Shown here one piece after another: positions 23,901-30,884 of a stretch of DNA of 32,000 bases. Within the stretch, counting starts at the first letter, position 1. Each line of letters begins with the position of its first letter. The translations under genes and the position numbers were made by a program. The notes beneath the pieces are model-generated. The model was not told the origin of the DNA, made no database searches, and was given only the letters and a program-made list of their open reading frames with translations. Source of the DNA: Nitratidesulfovibrio vulgaris str. Hildenborough (GTDB lineage Bacteria; Desulfobacterota; Desulfovibrionia; Desulfovibrionales; Desulfovibrionaceae); assembly GCF_000195755.1 (NCBI RefSeq), contig NC_002937.3, positions 2,250,001-2,282,000 on the forward strand, given 5' to 3'.

Positions 23901-25748
23901 CACCTGCCAGACGATGCGATATTTTTTGTTGTTGTCGAGCGCCTTTTCAGGGGAGCCACCCATATTGATGCCAATGGGCAAGATGACATAACCGTACTTC
24001 TTGCCATCAGCCTTGCGCATGACACGGCCCACAGACTGCACAACATCCACCACCGAATCACGCGGACTCAAAAAGATGGCGCAGTCCAGGGCGGGAACGT
24101 CCACACCTTCTGAAAGGCATTTGGCATTGGTGAGAATACGGCAGGTGGCGGGGGCGTCGGCTGGTGCAGCGTTGGCATTCTCTTTCAACCACGCAAGCTT
24201 CTGGTTGCGCTCCACCACGTTCATGGTGCCGTCTACGTGTTGCGCTTCCAGCTTCGGAAGGGGCACAGCATCACCCAATTCGGCAGCGATGCGGACAAAC
24301 TCGCCAGCCAGCCGCTTTGAGTTCTTGATGTTGCCCGCAAAAGCCAAGGCCGTGCGCATGGGCAACGGGTCGCTGTGCTTGTCTGCCGTATCGTCTTCTG
24401 CCAGCCTTTTACCAAGGCCATTCCAGCACCCCACGATCTTTACGGCGTCATCAAGGTCAAGTTCGTCGCTGTTGTCTTCTATGCGCGATTGAAGCGCAAG
24501 GGTCACATGCTTCTCTTCAACAGCGATGATCAGCACCTTGTAATCTGAAAGCAGGTCACGCCGCACAGCTTCGTCAAACCGGAGGCGGTGAAACTCCTTC
24601 CCGAAGGTGGCTTCGTCATCCATTGAAAATACGGCAATATCTCGCTCTTTTGCCTTGCTTTTGCTCTGTTCGGCGTACAGACGCGGGGTAGCCGTCATGT
24701 ATAGGCGCTTCTGGCCTCTGATGTAATCTGCGTCATGAATGCGAACAAAGGCCGAATGGTCTTCGCCTTTGGGGGTATAGCCCGCCGTGCGGTGCGCTTC
24801 ATCACAAACGATAAGGTCAAACGTAAAGCCCGCCTGCTGCTGCGCCTCATGCACCACAGCAATAGACTGATATGTGGCAAAGACCACGGTAAGGCGTGAG
24901 GTGTCTTGCGTGGCATTAAAGGCAGCTGCCAACTTGGTGGCATTGGTGGTGGCAGGGTATGCCATCTCGGCTATTCGCATGTCTTCATCATCGCGGCTGA
25001 CTTTACTGTCAGAGCACACGGCAAAGCAGCGCAACGGCTTGGTGCTGTCAGCCGTCCATGCCCGGAGCGTTTGCGAAAGCAGCGCAATGGAAGGCACCAT
25101 GAAAAGCACAGTGCCCCCGGGGGCCACCATGTCTTCGGCTATGAGCAGAGAGGCATAGGTTTTGCCCGTTCCGCACGCCATGATGAGCTTGCCGCGATCA
25201 TGGGCAGAAAACCCCTTGCGCACAGCCTCCAACGCTTCGTTCTGATGCGGGCGTGGCTTCTTGTGCTCAATGGGCTTGAGGGTATCTGGCGCAGCAATCG
25301 TGCATTGCGTCCAGTCTATGGGGGCGCTGGCGAGGTCTTCCAGCGTGAGCAATGCCACCGGTATGGTCTGGTGCTCTATTGCATCCGCAGCGTTCTTGCT
25401 GAGAGGGGCAGTCGCCACGATAAGCCGCTGTGAGAAGCCGCCTTTGCCGGAAAGCGTAAAGAAGGTGCCAAGGTCACCTTGCGAAATGGCATTCTCGTAG
25501 AATTTGCACTGGATGGCGCAATAACTTTCGCCATCACGGAACCGGGCAACAAGGTCTATGCCGGTATCGGGGCGCTTGTAGCCAAGGGCTTCGCGCTCCG
25601 GCCAGTCCTTCCAGAGCCACACGTCAGAAAACAGCGCCTGATACTGCGGGTCGGTCTTAAGATAGGCCCGTATGAGCCGTTCGAAAGCATCGCCCTTATC
25701 GCGCTGGTATTCCTGTTCGCGGTACTTCTGAAGTATCTGGTGCAGCAT
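20961..25748 (-). CDS. Type ISP-like restriction-modification enzyme (Mrr-like nuclease + SF2 ATPase + gamma-class N6-adenine methyltransferase + TRD)
   Basis: ATG at 25748 with GAGGAGGG 5 nt upstream. N-terminal PD-(D/E)xK-like GIDLVA...AIQCK. SF2 motifs are GTGKT (25158-25172), DEAH (24792-24803), MTATP and QSVGRVMR. Methyltransferase motifs are AdoMet motif DPFTGTGTF (23073-23099) and NPPY (22743-22754). The conserved C-terminal segment reads YVVNGKSAIEWLMERY...GIRNDPNDW. Confidence 0.85.
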   Translation of the reverse strand: MLHQILQKYREQEYQRDKGDAFERLIRAYLKTDPQYQALFSDVWLWKDWPEREALGYKRPDTGIDLVARFRDGESYCAIQCKFYENAISQGDLGTFFTLSGKGGFSQRLIVATAPLSKNAADAIEHQTIPVALLTLEDLASAPIDWTQCTIAAPDTLKPIEHKKPRPHQNEALEAVRKGFSAHDRGKLIMACGTGKTYASLLIAEDMVAPGGTVLFMVPSIALLSQTLRAWTADSTKPLRCFAVCSDSKVSRDDEDMRIAEMAYPATTNATKLAAAFNATQDTSRLTVVFATYQSIAVVHEAQQQAGFTFDLIVCDEAHRTAGYTPKGEDHSAFVRIHDADYIRGQKRLYMTATPRLYAEQSKSKAKERDIAVFSMDDEATFGKEFHRLRFDEAVRRDLLSDYKVLIIAVEEKHVTLALQSRIEDNSDELDLDDAVKIVGCWNGLGKRLAEDDTADKHSDPLPMRTALAFAGNIKNSKRLAGEFVRIAAELGDAVPLPKLEAQHVDGTMNVVERNQKLAWLKENANAAPADAPATCRILTNAKCLSEGVDVPALDCAIFLSPRDSVVDVVQSVGRVMRKADGKKYGYVILPIGINMGGSPEKALDNNKKYRIVWQVLNALRAHDDRLDNQFAKIDLTGKAGGVVEVDIIGGTGEGSGDRTDKFRTEWLSLPVADAYGAEWQNAIYGKIVHKCGDRLYWETWAKDIADIAERHQGRIRLMLENPTQEQQQAFETFLHGLQSNLNPSIDAGQAIEMLAQHVITKPVFDALFSGYAFTEQNPVSQAMQGIMDVLAGKALEKDLDHLEGFYADVRRRVQGIDDPAGRQKIIVELYDKFFKTAFPKMVERLGIVYTPVEVVDFIIHSADKALREHFGCSLQDEGVHILDPFTGTGTFPVRMIESGLIPPHKLAHKYAHELHANEIVLLAYYIAAINIEEAYHRVTQGDYQPFPGICLTDTFQLGEAANVARVHAGEVVTAGDCPENSERVEAQKRRDIRVIVSNPPYSVGQGNANDNNQNLKYAHLDGRIAATYAAHSTATLKNSLYDSYIRAFRWASDRIGNEGVICFVTNGYWIDSNTADGFRHVLEEEFTSVHVYNLRGNARTQGELRKKEAGNVFEGGSRTPVAITLLVKKAEHTGKARIFYHDIGDYLTREQKLAAIAKAHDYRGLEWQALEPNSHDDWLNQRDETFGKFMPLNEDGRASIFCMRSGGLKTNRDAWCYNFSGQRLAQNIKSSIDFYNNEVDRYQLIIHEGGDVAASDIINFDKTKFLWDRQQKQDIVKKKKYTFLATSIQCSSYRPFVKEKAYFNRHLNNCVYKQPSIFASPDCVNFAIQTPGAGSTKKFSAIMVDVVPCLWAEGSQCFPLYHYEKKTVSTERQLSLLSSESEDSGQDGYVRKEAITDEGLEVFRKHYGDATIGKEDLFYYVYGVLHSPQYREKYAADLKKMLPRVPFAPDFWAFSKAGRELAHWHLKYETVEPWPVTEERQPQDGRDDFAYYHVEKMRFPKKGEKGTIIYNGNITFKDIPLEAYGYVVNGKSAIEWLMERYAITVDKDSGIRNDPNDWCREHDDPAYIYNLVKRIIRVSMETNRIVSGLPECEG

Positions 25749-25865
25749 GGTTGCCCTCCTCAATTATTGAAGAAGGTACCTTGCCAGCCACGAGGCCAAA
25801 TCGCAAGATTCAACCTCGAATCAGGTGGGACAGTTAGACAAACGAACTAAGCCGGAATTGTCGCA

Positions 25866-26004
25866 CAACAACGTCCGCATGGCCGCCTACGAATCCGCCA
25901 CGCTCACCCTGTCCATGATAGACAGCCTTGCATGGTCAGGAGAACAATGCTGGACGGTACTCATGGGGCTTGAGAAAGCCGCTAAGATCATGACACCGCA
26001 ATAG
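25866..26004 (+). pseudogene. 3' fragment (~46 codons plus stop) of a rha-family gene
   Basis: Near-identical (3 mismatches) to the 3' end of the intact gene at 30357-30495. It has no start codon or upstream coding sequence and abuts the ISP promoter region. Confidence 0.85.
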
Positions 26005-26010
26005 AACGCA

Positions 26011-26034
26011 AAGAGGGGCCGCAAGGCCCCTCTT
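26011..26034 (+). terminator. GC-rich hairpin (copy of the rha terminator-like stem-loop)
   Basis: AAGAGGGGCC-GCAA-GGCCCCTCTT: a 10-bp stem with a GNRA-type loop and no clear U-tract. Confidence 0.5.
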
Positions 26035-26353
26035 CAGTTGTGGGATGGGTATGGTGGTGCGGCAAGAGGCGAACGAGAAGCACGCGCCCGCAGAGCGATC
26101 ACGAGTCGTTAAACGATTTGCAAACACACGATGCCTACCTCTCCACGCAACCACGGGGGCACACCAAGGCAGAAACATGAGCGGCCGGACATCCTATCAA
26201 GTCTTCCTTGATAGCCTCCCGAAGGGCAGCCGAAAGAAGACAACGAAGAACACTGCGCAGTTTGATCATCCCCCCCCAGCCGGGTACGGCAAGTGTCAAG
26301 TGAATACTATCTCTGTACAGTCAGGTGCATACTAGATCTGTACATCCAGAGAG

Positions 26354-27727
26354 TTATTCGTCAACCGTAGGATACAAAATTTCTGATGATCCAATTACGC
26401 TATGAAGCTGGTTCTTTCTAAATTCAGAAATATCGAGAGAAATTGTGTCCATATTGTTGCGTACATACTCCACAATAAGCATCTCTGTTCCACCACTTAA
26501 AAAATATGTTTTATATTTATTTAAATCTACAATATTATCTTTCAAAAGCCACAATGCACCGCGCATAATTTCAAGCATAGCACTTTCATTTTCAACATAC
26601 TTTGCAATACAATTACGCACCTCTATAGGAACAAATTTCGAATAGTCACCTCCACAAGAAGCAATACAGTTAATGCTATACAACAAATCATCTGCGATTG
26701 AACTAATATACGCAGCAGGTTCTTTCTTAATATAATCGGTCCTAATATCTTTTCTCAATATACCAACATTTTTTTTATCGTTCTGCTTAGCTTTTTGAGC
26801 CTTATCCCACACATCATGTACATCCATATCCCAATGCTGCGCACAAATAGACACCTCTTTGGGGTCAAGGCTAGTCAAATCATATTCACTACAATATGGC
26901 GTAGACTTAACAACAGACTCAATATGCCATTCAGAAATTCTGTTTCCTACATAAGAATTTGAAAGCACAACATAGTAGTCAAAATAAGAAAACAAACTCA
27001 CGTAACAACACAACAATTTACCTTCACTAAAAAGATGCAAAGAATGCCTCGGAAGTTCCGCGTTAACAGTCACACTTTCTCTTCCTGCAATCCTACTTTT
27101 TTCGAAATACCAAGCCGTTTCGTCAATCATTCGTTCAAATTTATTCCTAGGATAATAAGGTACCACTTCTACATCTAAGAACTTTTTCTGTTTGACGCAA
27201 AAAGCAGCATCAAGGAGCGAAGCATCCAAACCTAGCGACAAGGCATACTCTACAGCAATTTTTGCAAGTCCTAATCTAGAATCATCGTCAAAATCAAGCA
27301 AAGAGTTCACAACACACTCATCAAATGGCAGTTCTGTCACGAAACACCAGTCTGGATACCTTTTAATCAAATTATTTTTGCTTAACGGGCTACAGTATAT
27401 CTTCTTGTTCATCTCATCTAGCTTCACTCCTTTAACATATAGCCTTCCAGACTTGACACTACAATCAATAGAACCAAAAGAATCAATCTCTACAGAGCAT
27501 GTGGCATTAGGATTGCTTTCCCTATCACGCTTAGTGTTAAACAAAGCAAGAAGCAGTGCGAATTTCTTACAAAAATGAGCGTCGATAGAATGGCCAAGTT
27601 GTTCACCGCACTTTTCATGCAATATTGTGCTGGAACGCAACTTTCCAGCAATACCATTAGGAATCACATGCTCACTATGCTTGTTATCTTCAGTAATTTC
27701 TTCACCACACATATAACAAAATGCCAT
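26354..27727 (-). CDS. HNH-motif nuclease fused to a large uncharacterised domain (457 aa)
   Basis: AT-rich ORF. The N-terminus CYMCGEEITEDNKHSEHVIPNGIAGKL...LHEKC carries the C-x2-C / H-x-E-H / N / H-x2-C signature of beta-beta-alpha-Me (HNH) nucleases. I recognise no motif in the remaining ~400 aa. Confidence 0.8.
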   Translation of the reverse strand: MAFCYMCGEEITEDNKHSEHVIPNGIAGKLRSSTILHEKCGEQLGHSIDAHFCKKFALLLALFNTKRDRESNPNATCSVEIDSFGSIDCSVKSGRLYVKGVKLDEMNKKIYCSPLSKNNLIKRYPDWCFVTELPFDECVVNSLLDFDDDSRLGLAKIAVEYALSLGLDASLLDAAFCVKQKKFLDVEVVPYYPRNKFERMIDETAWYFEKSRIAGRESVTVNAELPRHSLHLFSEGKLLCCYVSLFSYFDYYVVLSNSYVGNRISEWHIESVVKSTPYCSEYDLTSLDPKEVSICAQHWDMDVHDVWDKAQKAKQNDKKNVGILRKDIRTDYIKKEPAAYISSIADDLLYSINCIASCGGDYSKFVPIEVRNCIAKYVENESAMLEIMRGALWLLKDNIVDLNKYKTYFLSGGTEMLIVEYVRNNMDTISLDISEFRKNQLHSVIGSSEILYPTVDE

Positions 27728-27992
27728 ATAAACATCCCCACATCTTGATTAAGAACCACACAACACAATTACTATTGAACGGTGCTGCGAAATAACAGAC
27801 CAGAAAAAACCGCACCAAAGCGCGTTAAGCACTGAATTTTAATGTTCTAGCATAAACATTCAGACTAAGTACTGTTAGAAACATCCCCACCCTAACCTAG
27901 CTTAATTGTAAACCTCCCCAAGTTAGTGCCATCCAAATGTGCGGCGAGGCACCCTCCATGCAGTTGGCTTTCGGTTGCTGGAGTTGCCCCCG

Positions 27993-28884
27993 CTAAACCG
28001 GACACCCTGCGGTTGCTGACAGTCGGATGAATTGTCTTGGCGAGCGCATCCGTAATCCCTTGTGTGGAGCATTTTCGTTGTAGTCTTCGAACCACTCGGA
28101 AAGGCGCTTCAGAACGCTCGGTGCGTCGGGACAGATGTTGCAGTCAACGTAATCACGCTTGAATGTCTTCACGAATGCCTCTGCCATGCCATTGCTCTCT
28201 GGACTGCGCACCGGGGTAAAGCAGCTTCGCAGGCCTAGCCACGAGGCAAACTCCACTGTTTCCTTCGCAGTATAACAAGATCCATTGTCTGAAAGCCATT
28301 CCACTGTATGGGACGTGTGCGCATTGCCGAATCGGCGCTCCACGCTTTCCAGCATCAGATCGCGGACCATAGAGCCTGAGATGCCCCTGGTCGTCGCAAC
28401 GTAGCTGATGACTTCCCGGTCGCACGAATCGAGGACGAACGCGACACGCACGACCTCCCGGTTATCGCATGGGATCTCAAACCCATCAGAACACCATCGT
28501 GTATTGCGGTGCAGAGTAACAATCTTGCCTTCGTGCGCCTTGTCTGGACGTTTGCCGTTATGACGGGTGAGCAACAGGCCATTCATCCGCATGATGCGGT
28601 AAACGCGCTTGTGATTGACTTCAGATTGCCCTGTAGCTCTCAAATGGGCATTGAGGCACGCCTGTATCCGCCGATAGCCGTAGGTTTGCCGCTCATCAAG
28701 AATGGCACGGATGAGACGAAGCAATTCCTCATCCTGCGCCTTCACGTAACGAGGCTTTCTGGTACGATGTGGACCGTCAAGCCGCTCTGCCAAACGCGAA
28801 CGGGAGACTTGCAGGGAGTCCGCTACACGCTTCATAGGGAACCGTCCTCGAATGGCAACGGCGAACGCGAGATCAGTTTTTTTT
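27993..28884 (-). CDS. IS orfB (DDE catalytic part, expressed as an OrfAB fusion by -1 frameshift)
   Basis: The A8 run (plus-strand T8 at 28877-28884) lies in the orfA/orfB overlap, and orfB is in the -1 frame. The DDE triad contexts are WCSDGFEI, LSDNGSCY and PESNGMAEAF. Confidence 0.85.
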
Positions 28885-29182
28885 CGCGTGCAATGTCGAT
28901 AGCTTCCTTCAGGATTTCGACTTCCATCGTCTTTCGGCCGAGAAGCCGTTCCAAATCCCGAATGCGCTTCTTCAAAGCCTTCGCCTCTGCCACGCTCACC
29001 ACTCGGTCGTCGGCCTGAATAGCCACTTTTCCGCCATCGCTCATGAGCTTTCTCCATCGAAAGACAAGATTCGGAGCGATGCCGTATTTGCGAGCCACGA
29101 AGGAGACGCTCATTCCGGGTAAAGACGACTCTTCAACTACCCGTAGCTTCTCGGCAATGGTCCAACGACGACGTTGAACCAT
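28832..29182 (-). CDS. IS orfA (HTH transposase subunit)
   Basis: VQRRRWTIAEKLRVVEES...MSVSFVARKYGIAPNLVFRWRK...LERLLGRKTMEVEILKEA closely parallels IS2 OrfA as I recall it. ATG at 29182 is preferred; an alternative ATG lies at 29230. Confidence 0.85.
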   Translation of the reverse strand: MVQRRRWTIAEKLRVVEESSLPGMSVSFVARKYGIAPNLVFRWRKLMSDGGKVAIQADDRVVSVAEAKALKKRIRDLERLLGRKTMEVEILKEAIDIAREKKLISRSPLPFEDGSL

Positions 29183-29616
29183 GGTCACGACCTCGACCGT
29201 GGAAATCTCTTTAGCACTCTGTCTGGACATACCTCTAGCACTACCTCTTCGGTTGGCAGAGAGGTCCGGCCTAATTGGGGGCTACTCCAGTTGCCATATC
29301 AAATGAATATCCCCCTTGCTATACCCCACGGCGAAAGACGACCACACCTGAACCCACATTCTTGACTTTCAGCGGCTGATGTGGCTTGCTTCCACTAGGT
29401 GCTCAAAACACCTTCATCGGCGGATTGCCACCCGACAGACTGGCCTTTTCTTTTGCCTATCGCATAGGCATCTCTGCCCCTATTTGCCGGGTGTGGGCGA
29501 AATACAATACCCGTAAGGGAAAATAGCCCGCAGCTCCGATGGCTGTTTTGAGCACCCGGCAATTCCTCATGTGGGGAGTTGTCTCCGTGAACCTCAAAAG
29601 TTCCATCGGAGGCCCC

Positions 29617-30495
29617 ATGTCCAGCATCAGCATTCCCACCGTCGACCTCGTCGCAGGTCGCCCCGTCGTCTCCAGCCTTCGTCTGGCCGAGCACTTCGGC
29701 AAAAAGCACTTCAACGTAATTCGCGACATCCGCAGCGTCTCGGCAGAAGTCAGCCCAGAGTTCAACCAACTCAATTTTGAGTGCGTTGAATATGTCGACG
29801 AGAAAGGCGAGACGCGCCCCATGTACAACCTCACCCGCGACGGCTTCACCATCGTGGCCATGGGTTACACCGGGCCGAAAGCCATGAGGATGAAAGAGGC
29901 GTACATCCGGCGGTTCAACGAAATGGAGCGCACCCTCGCCCACGGCCCCGCCGAGGCAGACACCCTCCCCGCCGCACAGCCCGTCGCCCTGCCCGCATCA
30001 CATCAAGACACACTGCGCCGGCTCATCAACTCGTGGGCCGACATCGCCAGCATGACCCGCGCCCGGGCACGCGCGGAAGTCCGCAGGGCCATGAACGTCG
30101 ACCGGCTCGACAGAATCCCCGCCGCAGACATGGACAGGGCCATCAGCTTCGTGCTCGGCAAGATGGAGCACGCCAGAACCGACGCGGCCCAGACCCCGCC
30201 CGCCATCGCCACCCCCAACGCCGACATGCTGCTCGACTACGGGCACCAAGTGACCAAGGCCCTGCGAACGCTCCGCGAGAGCATCGACGCCGTGCGTGGC
30301 GACCTGCCAGAGACCTACGGCAAACGCCTTGCGGCACAGGCCGGACAGTCGATGTTCAACAACGCCCGCATGGCTGCCTACGAATCCGCCACGCTCACCC
30401 TGTCCATGATAGACAGCCTTGCATGGTCAGGAGAACAATGCTGGACGGTACTCATGGGGCTTGAGAAAGCCGCAAAGATCATGACACCGCAATAG
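29617..30495 (+). CDS. rha: Rha-family phage regulatory protein
   Basis: 292 aa from the ATG at 29617 (GGAGG 4 nt upstream). The N-terminal RPVVSSLRLAEHFGKKHFNVIRDIR...NLTRDGFTIVAMGYTGPKAMRMKEAYIRRFNEME matches the Rha N-terminal domain pattern. Confidence 0.8.
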   Translation: MSSISIPTVDLVAGRPVVSSLRLAEHFGKKHFNVIRDIRSVSAEVSPEFNQLNFECVEYVDEKGETRPMYNLTRDGFTIVAMGYTGPKAMRMKEAYIRRFNEMERTLAHGPAEADTLPAAQPVALPASHQDTLRRLINSWADIASMTRARARAEVRRAMNVDRLDRIPAADMDRAISFVLGKMEHARTDAAQTPPAIATPNADMLLDYGHQVTKALRTLRESIDAVRGDLPETYGKRLAAQAGQSMFNNARMAAYESATLTLSMIDSLAWSGEQCWTVLMGLEKAAKIMTPQ

Positions 30496-30558
30496 AACGC
30501 AAAGAGGGGCCGCAAGGCCCCTCTTCAGTTGTGGGATGGGTAGGTGGTTCGGTAAGAG
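30357..30558 (+). repeat. Direct repeat copy 2
   Basis: See copy 1 (25866-26068). Confidence 0.9.
30502..30525 (+). terminator. GC-rich hairpin after rha
   Basis: AAGAGGGGCC-GCAA-GGCCCCTCTT lies 7 nt after the TAG stop and has no clear U-tract. Confidence 0.5.
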
Positions 30559-30884
30559 TCGGATGATGATCACGCACCCTCTGAACAATGATAGGCGGAT
30601 ACCATCTTGTACTATTGAAGTTGCACATGATTTCTAATATGATGCGCATAATTCACAACAACTTCCAAGACAAGCCCTGTACACCCCACTCCGCGACGGT
30701 ACCAAACTGCACTCAATCTACAACAAACGCTAATGCTGTTTCAACCTTATCTTTATCTACCATATTTCGTGGACCTTAAAAATGATGCACAACTACACAA
30801 AAAAATAAACATGCGATTACGCACATCCTACAAACAACAAAAAATTAACAGACAACGGACATAACCACGAAGGAATCCATCAAA

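Larger units (their letters stand above)
25866..26068 (+). repeat. Direct repeat copy 1 (rha 3' end + hairpin + ~35 bp)
   Basis: Aligns to 30357-30558 at an offset of 4491 bp. The first ~186 bp carry 3 mismatches, and the last ~17 bp are degenerate with a 1-nt indel. Confidence 0.9.
27979..29289 (-). mobile_element. IS3-family insertion sequence, IS2 group (1311 bp)
   Basis: Imperfect terminal inverted repeats TGGAGTTGCCCCC (27979-) and TGGAGTAGCCCCC (reverse complement ending at 29289). The element is flanked by the 5-bp direct repeat GTTGC (27974-27978 and 29290-29294). It has orfA/orfB with an A8 frameshift run and a DDE transposase. Confidence 0.9.

Noticed and set aside
20961-25763. The 1600-aa ORF as a phage terminase/helicase, or as a BREX/DISARM component
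   Set aside because: The N-terminal Mrr-like nuclease, SF2 motifs, NPPY methyltransferase and conserved C-terminal domain in one chain match the Type ISP architecture. No terminase Walker/nuclease arrangement is present, and no accompanying BREX or DISARM genes are nearby.
25936-26335. ORFs 25936-26178 (minus) and 26045-26335 (plus)
   Set aside because: The first runs antisense across the rha fragment and its hairpin. The second has a Arg/Lys/Thr-rich, unstructured-looking translation with no convincing RBS at its start. An internal 52-aa version from the ATG at 26177 cannot be excluded but is unsupported.
20284-27578. Short plus-strand ORFs inside the AT-rich genes (for example 20284-20475, 20758-21042, 26445-26645, 27192-27578) and mid-size ORFs antisense to the ISP gene (for example 22653-23744, 24906-25433)
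   Set aside because: All lie within and opposite to long ORFs that carry strong catalytic motifs or good start contexts. None has its own RBS or terminator.
29395-29943. 182-aa minus-strand ORF, and the nested ORF 29457-29861
   Set aside because: They are antisense to the rha-family gene, which has a clear family signature. The other ORFs overlapping rha (29998-30249, 30003-30227, 30033-30464, 30143-30337) were rejected in the same way.
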